In this document: one piece after another, positions 29,426 through 38,647 of the stretch
How positions within the stretch are numbered: position 1 is the first letter of the stretch
Layout: every line of letters starts with the position of its first letter
Sequence record: NC_028997.1
DNA length: 59,802 bases
Source of the DNA: Enterobacteria phage JenP2
Reading direction: 5' to 3' (one strand)
The notes under the pieces: generated by a model
Databases searched by the model: none
The model's input: the letters and a program-made list of their open reading frames with translations, nothing else
What the model was told of the DNA's origin: nothing
Made by a program: the position numbers and the translations under genes

Positions 29426-30055
29426 TTACTTTTTACACGCTTCAAGAAATTCCCGACGCCATGTATCACCAGTCACGTCCGGTAATACACCATCGCCCAA
29501 TGCAGTACGTCCGCGGAATGCTTTAGTGATGGTTGAGCTGCCACATACCTGTTTAACACCGCGCGACTCCATGCACATATGTTTTGCATCGATGTAGACG
29601 CACACAGCTTTCGGCTCTAAATGGTCACGGATGGCGTCCGCAATCTGGTTAGTTAGACGTTCTTGGACTTGCAAACGTCGAGCGAAAGCATCAACTACCC
29701 GAGATAACTTGCTGAGACCGACAATTTTTCCATTTGGAACATATCCAACCACCGCATGACCAATAATAGGAGCCATGTGATGCTCACAATGACTATATAC
29801 AGGGATATCGCGGACGATGACCATTTCATCGCAGTTTTCCCCACCATCTTCAAATGTCTTGAACAGGGATGCGATATCGACAGAATAACCCCCGAACCAT
29901 GTAGCATAAGCCTTAGCTACACGATCTGGAGTTTCTACTAAACCTTCACGAAGATCAGTAGTATCGTACCCTTCAATAACAGATAGAAGATTTCTTACAG
30001 CTACTTGAATTTGATGCTGATGAGATTTCAACTCTAAATAATTTACATTTGACAT
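29426..30055 (-). CDS. folE: GTP cyclohydrolase I
   Basis: 209 aa; conserved VYSHCEHHMAPI active-site motif. Confidence 0.9.
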   Translation of the reverse strand: MSNVNYLELKSHQHQIQVAVRNLLSVIEGYDTTDLREGLVETPDRVAKAYATWFGGYSVDIASLFKTFEDGGENCDEMVIVRDIPVYSHCEHHMAPIIGHAVVGYVPNGKIVGLSKLSRVVDAFARRLQVQERLTNQIADAIRDHLEPKAVCVYIDAKHMCMESRGVKQVCGSSTITKAFRGRTALGDGVLPDVTGDTWRREFLEACKK

Positions 30056-30081
30056 GGTTTACAGTTTCCTTGTGTGGTCAA

Positions 30082-30615
30082 TTATTTGCAATAGTTAACA
30101 TGGCATTTGGACGTTTCTTCAATGGTGCATTCTATCAATTCAACACCATATTGGTCAAGCAGTTGAGGACCAATTACGTCAACCATATATGCAGCTAAGT
30201 TTTCCGCAGTTGGGTTGAATGGTAAAGCTACCAAAGAATTAAAGAAAGGATCGTAATCTTCATCCGTCACTAAATTGTTCTCACGTGCAAACTTAGTTGA
30301 TGCAACAACAATGAGCGAATTAATCATGCTGTCTTGTTCCCAATGCAGGAACTTATGATCCCAGTTATCTTCCAACCACTGGCAAAGCGTAGTTTTAACC
30401 ACACTAAAGTCGATAACGCGACCTACGTCGTCCAAGGATCCTTCTAGAGCAAATCCACTTACAGACTTAACGTAGCCTTCCGACAATGTTTTCTTTGGTG
30501 CAACTTTAAAATGGAACTTATAGTTGTGACCATGAAGATGGCGACACTTACTTTCATGCCCTACGACACGATGCCCAGCGCAAATCTCATGTGAACGAAT
30601 AACAGTGTAACCCAT
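30082..30615 (-). CDS. queD: 6-carboxy-5,6,7,8-tetrahydropterin synthase
   Basis: 177 aa; zinc-binding CxxxHGH motif (CRHLHGHNYKFHF) and N-terminal CAGHR. Confidence 0.85.
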   Translation of the reverse strand: MGYTVIRSHEICAGHRVVGHESKCRHLHGHNYKFHFKVAPKKTLSEGYVKSVSGFALEGSLDDVGRVIDFSVVKTTLCQWLEDNWDHKFLHWEQDSMINSLIVVASTKFARENNLVTDEDYDPFFNSLVALPFNPTAENLAAYMVDVIGPQLLDQYGVELIECTIEETSKCHVNYCK

Positions 30616-30617
30616 TT

Positions 30618-32033
30618 TTATTCCTCGTTTTCGTATTTAATAACTTCTTGTGCGTTATTAATATTAAACGCAGTCCGACGCATCATGCAAGGGCCACAAG
30701 TACCGCAATGTAGATCCCCGTTACGGTAACAGCTCCAGGTGTGCTCCAACGGGGCCCCTAAACGTAGGCCTGTAGCGACAATTTCGTGCTTCATTAAGTT
30801 ACCTACTGGCATGAGCACTTCAACGCGCTTACCGTCGCCTACAGCGAATGGTAGCACCTGATTAAAGCGGTTAATAAACTCAGGCTCGTTGTCCGGATAG
30901 GCTCCAGCTTCTTCTAAGTTGTTACCAAGAACAATATAGTCGAAACCATTAGCTTCTGCGTATGCAGTAGCAACAGAAAGCATCACAAGGTTACGGGCTG
31001 GAACCCATTCATGGGCAAACTCAGCGCCTTCTTCACCGCCCGCAATTGCAGCATCTTGATCAAATAACGGGCTATCTTTCTTATCGTAAATTGGGATTGG
31101 GAATTCAACTAATGGAACTTCCATCACTTCCGCAATTTTACGAATAGCCTTCAACTCGTTAGTTTCAGCACGACAACCATACTGGAAGTTAATCAAAGTA
31201 ACATCCAAACCGTTGGACTTACACATCTGAGCTGCCACTGTGCTGTCCATACCACCACTGGCGACAACTAACGCCCGTTGAGTCTGCTTATTTGGAATAA
31301 GATCGACCTCGCTGCATACACCAGTCGATGTGACCACATTACAGGTGTAGGGTTTCAACATTTGCTTAATAGCGCGGGTAGGTAACATGTCTTCCTGACT
31401 GGCGAAATACATACCCGTATGAGTCTTACCAATCCAAATTGGACGGTAATTACATGCTGCAAACACATACCCAGGAATTGAATCATGCGTTGCAAGGATT
31501 GCGTAACTCCCTTTCAACTTGCGAACAACTTCATGGAATACGTTATAAAGGTAATTTAAATCAGACAGACACATTTCATCTGTTGAAAGTGTGCATTCTG
31601 CTAACTGTTCAACAATTGCAGCACTATCAATCTTAGTCTGCAGTGCATAGGTACGAAGGTCTTTATCGTTCGCAATAGTACCGTTATGAACAATAGTCCA
31701 ACTATCGAGATGATACGGTTGTTGATCCCATTCGTTCTTGTCGACGACCCACTCTGTAGTCGGTTCAGCGCGAGCGTTACCAATCATTGTGAAGCTACCA
31801 ATAGCTCCAGCGTGAGATGCAATGCGCCCGACTTTAACAAGACGTTCCAGCGATGTTTCCTTACCGACGCTGACGATACGTTGCGGGTGTATACTGTGGT
31901 CACCATGCGTGAAGCGTACACCAAGACCATCACGACCACGGTTAATACTAGCTTTAATAAGATCGTCAATGTCGTTACGGATGATAAGACTTTCAGGTTG
32001 ACCGTTAGTAATGACACCAAAGATAGAGCACAT
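30618..32033 (-). CDS. queC: glutamine amidotransferase-QueC fusion (7-cyano-7-deazaguanine synthase-like)
   Basis: Start set to the Met of MCSIFGV (class II amidotransferase N-terminal Cys, as in AsnB) with AAGGAAGG SD; C-terminal QueC PP-loop VVASGGMDS and Cys cluster CYRNGDLHCGTCGPC. Confidence 0.85.
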   Translation of the reverse strand: MCSIFGVITNGQPESLIIRNDIDDLIKASINRGRDGLGVRFTHGDHSIHPQRIVSVGKETSLERLVKVGRIASHAGAIGSFTMIGNARAEPTTEWVVDKNEWDQQPYHLDSWTIVHNGTIANDKDLRTYALQTKIDSAAIVEQLAECTLSTDEMCLSDLNYLYNVFHEVVRKLKGSYAILATHDSIPGYVFAACNYRPIWIGKTHTGMYFASQEDMLPTRAIKQMLKPYTCNVVTSTGVCSEVDLIPNKQTQRALVVASGGMDSTVAAQMCKSNGLDVTLINFQYGCRAETNELKAIRKIAEVMEVPLVEFPIPIYDKKDSPLFDQDAAIAGGEEGAEFAHEWVPARNLVMLSVATAYAEANGFDYIVLGNNLEEAGAYPDNEPEFINRFNQVLPFAVGDGKRVEVLMPVGNLMKHEIVATGLRLGAPLEHTWSCYRNGDLHCGTCGPCMMRRTAFNINNAQEVIKYENEE

Positions 32034-32034
32034 A

Positions 32035-32793
32035 TTATTTACCTTCCTTAACCATTTCAATTTCACGCTCAACGGATACAATAATATCGTTGAGGTCTTC
32101 CAGTAAGTCTTTATGTCCACGTTCACCAGCACACAGCACTTTCTTCAGTGCATGTTGCATGGGCCCACTGGTTACATTAAATGCTTTAATTACATCGTAC
32201 ACGTCAACCCATACATCAATTTCAATTGGGCTACCGTTAATATCATGCGATTCAAAAGTCTTGATTTTGCGCATATATTTATTTGGACGTGGAGCTTTAA
32301 TATCCTGGATACAATCCGTGTCGATAAACGCTTCATTAATGGATACTTCCGGATCACCTTCTTTGTTACGATCAACTTTAAAGACGCTCGTAAGTACATC
32401 TTCCATGATACCAGCTAATTTCTGAGTAGATGTTGTGTACTTCTTCACATTTTCTGCTTCTTCTGCTGCTTTCTGACTTCTACTGACAGAAGTATTAATA
32501 CGCCATTTATAAAGTGCATTACTTGGAGGCGTCACATGCGTGTTGTAAACTGTCTTTAAACCCATGAGATCTTGTCCATCCATACCTTCAATAAAGACAG
32601 TAAGTGTAGGACTGCTATCATTCAAGACATCTACTACATATCCTTCTCGAATTACAGATGCAAGAGCTGCATGGGACGCAGCCTGTGAAGCTGTGGTCAC
32701 ATAATGTTTTACAAATCCGTCTTCATCGAACAGACACTGGTTTAACACATTTTCTGGAACAATTTCACCGAGTAATTGAACGTGCTTATTCAT
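32035..32793 (-). CDS. hypothetical protein embedded in the 7-deazaguanine cluster
   Basis: 252 aa; stop abuts the gat-queC start (translational coupling); no motif recognised. Confidence 0.55.
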   Translation of the reverse strand: MNKHVQLLGEIVPENVLNQCLFDEDGFVKHYVTTASQAASHAALASVIREGYVVDVLNDSSPTLTVFIEGMDGQDLMGLKTVYNTHVTPPSNALYKWRINTSVSRSQKAAEEAENVKKYTTSTQKLAGIMEDVLTSVFKVDRNKEGDPEVSINEAFIDTDCIQDIKAPRPNKYMRKIKTFESHDINGSPIEIDVWVDVYDVIKAFNVTSGPMQHALKKVLCAGERGHKDLLEDLNDIIVSVEREIEMVKEGK

Positions 32794-32905
32794 AATAATT
32801 TACCTTATTAGTTGAACATACCATGTCTTCTAGCGCGTTGACCGTCACCAGCATAATGGTCATTAGCCACAGCAATCATCCACGCGTTTTTGAATATGTA
32901 TAACT

Positions 32906-33670
32906 TCACTCTACACCTAAATATTTGTGGATCTGCAATTGCACGATGTAATTGTGCTTGATTGCATATTTAACGACAGCTTGGGCGTTTGCTTTATTAG
33001 CATCGTCGTCCTGTTCATCCATAGGTTGAAGATAAATGTTACCTTTAAAGTGTACAGGCGGACGTGCGATAAATGGTGTCGCACGGTGATCCAGTGCCTG
33101 CAACGGTAATCCATCTTCCTCGTTGACGTTTCCGCTTTTCATTACATATTTGAAAGCATCCGCTCGAGCGGAAACGCTAGGGTGAACCTTTGCTGCCTTA
33201 GGACTACATACTACCACACAGTTATAGTTGAGTTCACGCGGGATAGGCATAGTTCCGTTAGTTTCAACCTGTACACGATATCCTTTCATATCGATAAGGT
33301 AGTTGATAAAATTAACAACTTCAGGTTGACGGAAAGGTTCGCCACCAGTAATAACAACTAATTTAGTCTTGGCTTCACCAGTGACACGAACAATCTCCTG
33401 CCAAATATCACCGTGACTCATCTTCTTACGATTAGACGTATAGTTTGTATCGCAACCTGGGCATTGCAAGTTGCAACCAGCTAATCGGACAAATACGGCA
33501 GGTTGACCACAAAATGGGCCTTCGCCTTGAATGGTATGAAAAATGGAATGTACGTCAAGAATACCACGTTCACGAACTAACTTCTCAGGATCCTGAGTAT
33601 TAATAATTTTCATATGATTTCCAAATTTGGCTTGAGCCCAGTGGTGGGCGATAATGGCTTGTGCAAACAT
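32906..33670 (-). CDS. queE: 7-carboxy-7-deazaguanine synthase (radical SAM)
   Basis: Radical-SAM Cys motif CNLQCPGC; start set to the Met with a GAGG SD (the track ORF extends to 33694). Confidence 0.8.
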   Translation of the reverse strand: MFAQAIIAHHWAQAKFGNHMKIINTQDPEKLVRERGILDVHSIFHTIQGEGPFCGQPAVFVRLAGCNLQCPGCDTNYTSNRKKMSHGDIWQEIVRVTGEAKTKLVVITGGEPFRQPEVVNFINYLIDMKGYRVQVETNGTMPIPRELNYNCVVVCSPKAAKVHPSVSARADAFKYVMKSGNVNEEDGLPLQALDHRATPFIARPPVHFKGNIYLQPMDEQDDDANKANAQAVVKYAIKHNYIVQLQIHKYLGVE

Positions 33671-33738
33671 TTGAACCTCGGGGTAAGATAACAAAGGGGC
33701 AGTAAATGCCCCTTCTGAGTTTCCGAAGTGTCTACAGA

Positions 33739-34563
33739 TTACTCTGCAGATTTCTGAGACGGAATTTCTACGTTAGCGGCCGCCTGTGCAATATTAGCAG
33801 GTACTGGAACTGATACGCGACCAGTAATGCCCATGTATTTCTTCCAGCGAGCGTATTCCGCTTTGACGTTCGCTTCGTTCAGGCCTTTGTCCAGTGCAAC
33901 CGGAAGAACGTAGCTGATCGGTGCAGTCTGGCCCAGCTCCAGTGTGACAGCGTCAAAGATATCCCATGCAGCACGGCACAGAGTGCCAACACCAGGCTTA
34001 CGAATACCATTCTGTTCCGGCTCTTTCTTAGCTTCACGTTCTGCCGCTTTACGAGCGCGCTCTTCGTCTTGCAGACGTTTCTTCTCAGCGCGTTCTGCGT
34101 CACGTTGCGCTTTTTCAGCGGCTTTAGTGGCTTCGCGGGCAGCGGATACACGGCCTTTAACATCTTTCAAAGTGGATTCAATACCAGAAACCAGATCTTC
34201 AGATGCTGCAACGGCAGTTTTCAGTTGATCGTTGTCTTTAACTTTACGTGCTGCCGCTTTAACAGCTTTCAGACCTTCTTTAGCGGTCTTCAGTTGAGCG
34301 GTAACTACACCTTCAACTGCTTTAACTTCGTCCAGCAACGAACCTTCGTTCAGGGTCGCGAACTGTTCTTTAACAGCGGACACAGCACCTTCGATTACAT
34401 TGTAACCGGCAGTAGCTTCGTTCATTGCCGCGTCAACTTTAGCCTGCAATTCACGTGCTGCTTTTTCTTCAGCTTCACGTTTTTTCTTTGCTTCAGCTTC
34501 TTTTGCTGCTTTCTTTGCTGCTTCTTCTGCTTCCAGTTGCTCTGGAGTTTTCTCTTTAGCCAT
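33739..34563 (-). CDS. Lys/Ala/Glu-rich coiled-coil protein (unknown function)
   Basis: 274 aa; highly charged low-complexity N- and central regions, globular C-terminal ~90 aa. Confidence 0.5.
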   Translation of the reverse strand: MAKEKTPEQLEAEEAAKKAAKEAEAKKKREAEEKAARELQAKVDAAMNEATAGYNVIEGAVSAVKEQFATLNEGSLLDEVKAVEGVVTAQLKTAKEGLKAVKAAARKVKDNDQLKTAVAASEDLVSGIESTLKDVKGRVSAAREATKAAEKAQRDAERAEKKRLQDEERARKAAEREAKKEPEQNGIRKPGVGTLCRAAWDIFDAVTLELGQTAPISYVLPVALDKGLNEANVKAEYARWKKYMGITGRVSVPVPANIAQAAANVEIPSQKSAE

Positions 34564-34659
34564 GATTTAAATCCTCACAGTGTGGTTATTGGTTGTGAAC
34601 TACGTTCTAAGTGGTTGCACTATAACCCCTCTAAAAGAACTATGCAATATTTTAGTTAA

Positions 34660-35382
34660 TTAATTTAAGCCACGTTCTTTTACCCAGACCCCTAATGTAT
34701 TACTTGATGTATTACGCTTCACACCTTGTGCCTCTAAACGATCCATCATTTGTTTTCTAAGCTGAAGGATTTCCTTCTTGTCAAGAGGTTCACCAGCTTC
34801 TTTCCACATTTCGTCAGCAACAGCGAAAATAATATCGCGAGTGCCGGCTGTACGCGACGTTGCGGCACGTTTTTCGTTTGCCGGTGCGCTAGTACCTTGC
34901 CGCTCTTTTGTCGGTGCCCATGCCCGTTGTATGCCCATATTTGTTTGTACGGTTGGGCCGTCAATGATGGTGGATTCCAATGAACTATCATTCCGTACTT
35001 GAATATTAGGCTCCTCCCCCAAATCTGGAACAGAGCTGCCTTCGCGGTACATGCACTCACCCTCTTTATTACTAGTAATTGCCCAGTCCGCTTGTTCAGC
35101 CACATCCGCATCTATTACTGTCTCCGGTATTTCATTTAAAAAGTAATGAATGATCTTACTGATCATTTTCTTTGGATATAAAGCACCTTGCTTATTACCC
35201 GTTAAGTTGATGTACAAAAGTTGCATTTGCACATCATCGAACTCTTTATACAGTTCTTCAACTTCTAATGGAAGAACTACAGAACTTTCGCTACAGCATA
35301 GAATTCCATACTCATGAAGACGTTGGAAGTTTGGATGCTTAGCTAATATCTGCATCCGATCGTAATCAATTAAGACGTACAT
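34660..35382 (-). CDS. hypothetical protein
   Basis: Start set to the Met of MYVLIDYD so that it does not overlap the upstream small ORF. Confidence 0.5.
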   Translation of the reverse strand: MYVLIDYDRMQILAKHPNFQRLHEYGILCCSESSVVLPLEVEELYKEFDDVQMQLLYINLTGNKQGALYPKKMISKIIHYFLNEIPETVIDADVAEQADWAITSNKEGECMYREGSSVPDLGEEPNIQVRNDSSLESTIIDGPTVQTNMGIQRAWAPTKERQGTSAPANEKRAATSRTAGTRDIIFAVADEMWKEAGEPLDKKEILQLRKQMMDRLEAQGVKRNTSSNTLGVWVKERGLN

Positions 35383-35383
35383 G

Positions 35384-35623
35384 TTAATCCTTCCACCACT
35401 CGGGCCCACAATACATTCCACGTAGTTCTTCACGAATGTAATTTTCAAACTCGTCTTCAATGTTGATTACTTGACTTTCGTGAAAAACTGCCACACCATG
35501 AATAAATCGTTTAGCTCTTTCCCCTTTAATTACACCGTAACCTAACTCCTCCCACTCTTTAAAAGTCTTCCATTCACCTTCTTCCGGTGAATGGTCGTCA
35601 CTTCTAAACGTCATCTTTACCAT
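35384..35623 (-). CDS. hypothetical small protein
   Basis: About 80 aa from the Met of MVKMTF (GAGG SD); downstream of the helicase. Confidence 0.4.
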   Translation of the reverse strand: MVKMTFRSDDHSPEEGEWKTFKEWEELGYGVIKGERAKRFIHGVAVFHESQVINIEDEFENYIREELRGMYCGPEWWKD

Positions 35624-35630
35624 ATAAGCC

Positions 35631-37634
35631 TCAAAATGGAATGTCGTCATCAAAATCTGGTGGTAGCTCTTTACCGTTACCAGTAAGAATATGTTGATTA
35701 GACGTAGAATGCAATACTGTCGTACGGGAATCAGTCTGTTCATCTTCATCAAACTTATTCGTATAACTGCCACCAAACTGGGACAGACCATTCATTGCTG
35801 CGATCTGTACAACCGGACGTTCGTTTGTTGCTTCTTTCTTACCGAATTCACTACCATCGTAACAACTATTCAACACTTCAGGGAATTTACCCTTTAAATT
35901 GACATAAATGTGCGTCGGTACACGAAGTTGGCTGACCACATTGAGGGCTTCGTCAATGTTAGCTGGGATTGCCAAGCTACAATGCTCACGCCACCAGTTA
36001 CGCGCTTTCTTACCTGCAAAGCCAGTATGGAACAGGCAGATGTATTGTTGAATAGTTTGTGATCCGCAAAGATAATCAACACGAAGTGTCGGTGGCTTAG
36101 AACGGTCACCCCTGTTCTCATGACGATAGTAACTCACCATATCAACTTTCAACACTTCAGTAACTGGTAAATCGTTCTTGATAATAGCTTTCGTACTTGC
36201 ACTCGCCATCAGTTTCTTCTCAAAAGTAAACTCATGACCGCAATAACCAGCACGACACGCTTTATTATTTGTAATTGTATAACCTAATCCTTGTAGATAG
36301 AGTATTTCTTCATGAGACATGCTGCTTGTGTCGAATGGTTTTAACCCACCACAGTAGCGAACTGACGCATGGTTCCATGTCTTACATACCGGGCATTCTT
36401 TGACAGGTGCAGCGGATTTTCCTTTCTGTCCTGGACGCTTAGGAATTACAGGGTCGTTAATAGGCCCAAGACGTCTCGTATTACCTGCGTAATCCAATAC
36501 AAGACAGTTCTGTTTGTGCGAAGCCGAGATAGCTTGCAAACGACCTTCCGTTGTGGTCAGATCAAAACCATCAGCATAATCAGGTCGAGTACCACGTCCA
36601 AGCATTTGAACCCATAGGCGGGAAGATTGAGACGGTCGCATACCAATTATTAAGTCAAGACCCGGATGGTCAAAACCTGTCGTTAATACGTTGTTGTTCG
36701 CTATTGCCTGCAAACGACCAGCTTTAAAGTCAATAAGGTACTGGTCACGCAAGGCTTTCGGTGTATCACCAGTTACAACTTCACAACTAATACCGCGCTC
36801 ATTGAGATAGTCTTTGACATCTTTTGCATGGTCTACACCAGCGCAAAAGATAAGCCAACTCATTCTATTCTCTTCTTCCGCAATACTAATTGCATCATCT
36901 AATAAATGGCGCGTTACATCAGGGTCATTTACAACCTTCTGAAGTTCACTTTCAATGAACTCACCGCCTCGAGTATGAACACCACTTACATCATACTCTT
37001 TCTTTGTTTTACGTGGTACTAACGGAACCAGATAACCTTCATCAATGAACCAGTTGAAGCACTCTACGGTACACGCGTTAAATACAATTTCATCAAATAG
37101 AGCGTTAGGTGCATAATCATCCTTGATAATAGAACCAAAACCAAGACGCCAACTTGTAGCAGTGAGACCGATAATCTTTAGATATGGATTCTTTTCACGA
37201 ATCTGCGCAAAGAACTTCTGATAACTTGTTTGCTGATTTGGACTAATAAGGTCACATTCGTCAACTATAATAATATCAACGTCCTCAAAGTATTTAGCTT
37301 GTTTTGCAACAGACTGAATACCTGCGAACGTTATCATTGCGTTCTTATCTTTGCGACCCATACCAGCACTATAAATACCAGTCGGTGCTTCAGGCCACAA
37401 CTTCTTGAATTTATCGTGGTTCTGGTCTATCAATTCTTTTACGTGAGTAATTACCATCATGCGGGTACTACCCCAGTTATCATGAATTGTCTTTAATAGA
37501 CCAGCAATTACAAGGGACTTACCAGTCCCTGTAGGCAACAAGATAACAGGATTTCCTGACTTTTCACCATGCTTGATGAAATAGCGCAATGTACTATTTA
37601 CAGCTTCTTGCTGATAATCACGTAGTTTGAACAT
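35631..37634 (-). CDS. SF2 DEAD/DEAH-box DNA helicase with C-terminal SSB-tip-like tail
   Basis: 667 aa; motifs LPTGTGKS (I), VDECD (II), LTAT (III), TTGFD (V), QMLGRGTR (VI); zinc-ribbon-like CPVCK...C; ends in DFDDDIPF. Confidence 0.8.
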   Translation of the reverse strand: MFKLRDYQQEAVNSTLRYFIKHGEKSGNPVILLPTGTGKSLVIAGLLKTIHDNWGSTRMMVITHVKELIDQNHDKFKKLWPEAPTGIYSAGMGRKDKNAMITFAGIQSVAKQAKYFEDVDIIIVDECDLISPNQQTSYQKFFAQIREKNPYLKIIGLTATSWRLGFGSIIKDDYAPNALFDEIVFNACTVECFNWFIDEGYLVPLVPRKTKKEYDVSGVHTRGGEFIESELQKVVNDPDVTRHLLDDAISIAEEENRMSWLIFCAGVDHAKDVKDYLNERGISCEVVTGDTPKALRDQYLIDFKAGRLQAIANNNVLTTGFDHPGLDLIIGMRPSQSSRLWVQMLGRGTRPDYADGFDLTTTEGRLQAISASHKQNCLVLDYAGNTRRLGPINDPVIPKRPGQKGKSAAPVKECPVCKTWNHASVRYCGGLKPFDTSSMSHEEILYLQGLGYTITNNKACRAGYCGHEFTFEKKLMASASTKAIIKNDLPVTEVLKVDMVSYYRHENRGDRSKPPTLRVDYLCGSQTIQQYICLFHTGFAGKKARNWWREHCSLAIPANIDEALNVVSQLRVPTHIYVNLKGKFPEVLNSCYDGSEFGKKEATNERPVVQIAAMNGLSQFGGSYTNKFDEDEQTDSRTTVLHSTSNQHILTGNGKELPPDFDDDIPF

Positions 37635-38585
37635 TTACTCACCGTAATAATCTGCTGCTTCGTATTGACCACATGCTGCCATCTGATCTTCCTTCGTTAA
37701 TACACCTTCAGTTCCATCGGTGATGTATGCAGTAGCGGAAGCTACTTTGATTGCACATCTCCAGGTTCCATCTTCAAGCGGATAAGAGTGCTTACAGGTG
37801 CGACAGTTAACTTCAGGCATCTTATTGTTGCGACATACCGCTTTGTGGTCACACCATTTGCATTTATAGTAAGACTTACTTTCATTAATCTTAGGTGGTG
37901 GGCATTCTGCCAGTGCAATTACAAATCCACGGTCTTTGTAGCGTTCTGCGGTTTCTTTATCAAACGGTACAAGCTCTGCCCAAATCTCGTCCGTGTTCTT
38001 ATTAACTGCAATATAAAGAGCGGCTGGGAGCCCATAGTACAACATGTATTCCTGCATCTGAACATAGTGCTCCCATTTGGATTCCATCACACCATTAACA
38101 ACAAGTTTCTTGAACGAATCATTATTGTGCGTTTTCATCTCCGTTAAGATTGGTGTAGAAGGTTGCGGCATGTCAGGACAACCAATGACAATACCATCTA
38201 TCGCGGAGCCAAAGTGCCCATTGAGATAGCTAACTCGATACTGGCTGCCATTTTCGTCTTGCTGGATGACTTGCATACCGGCGGTAAGTAATAAGGCCAC
38301 GAAGCGACCTTCTTCAAGATGCCCGCGATTGAATAGACGTAAGGTTTTACCGTTAAAGTGTGGTTTTGTTGCCCATCGCCACCCGTAGAAGATTGCTCTA
38401 CTACACTCTTGCCCGATAAGACTAATCCCAAGATGCGAACGGAATCCGCCATCTCCCTCTCTATATGCGTCTTCAATATGCGGTAATACTTTTCCGAGCC
38501 ATACTCTGTAAGCGGATCCTTGATCTCGTTCAATACAGTCATTGAATAACTCCATGGTCTTAGTAGCAGGATAAAAATGTGGCAT
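37635..38585 (-). CDS. PD-(D/E)xK exonuclease with C-terminal Cys cluster (RecB/Cas4-like)
   Basis: 316 aa; E-M-K and QxxxY-like motifs (ILTEMKT, VQMQEYMLY); C-terminal CKWCDHKAVC...CRTC cluster. Confidence 0.6.
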   Translation of the reverse strand: MPHFYPATKTMELFNDCIERDQGSAYRVWLGKVLPHIEDAYREGDGGFRSHLGISLIGQECSRAIFYGWRWATKPHFNGKTLRLFNRGHLEEGRFVALLLTAGMQVIQQDENGSQYRVSYLNGHFGSAIDGIVIGCPDMPQPSTPILTEMKTHNNDSFKKLVVNGVMESKWEHYVQMQEYMLYYGLPAALYIAVNKNTDEIWAELVPFDKETAERYKDRGFVIALAECPPPKINESKSYYKCKWCDHKAVCRNNKMPEVNCRTCKHSYPLEDGTWRCAIKVASATAYITDGTEGVLTKEDQMAACGQYEAADYYGE

Positions 38586-38647
38586 ATCATAATCCTATAT
38601 AGAAAAATAAAGCTCCCGGAGGAGCTTTATTATAACATGATTTTTAA

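Noticed and set aside
33879-34659. Plus-strand and alternative minus-frame ORFs overlapping the Lys/Ala/Glu-rich gene
   Set aside because: Low-complexity antisense or out-of-frame translations of a biased-composition gene; no ribosome-binding sites and no coherent domain pattern.
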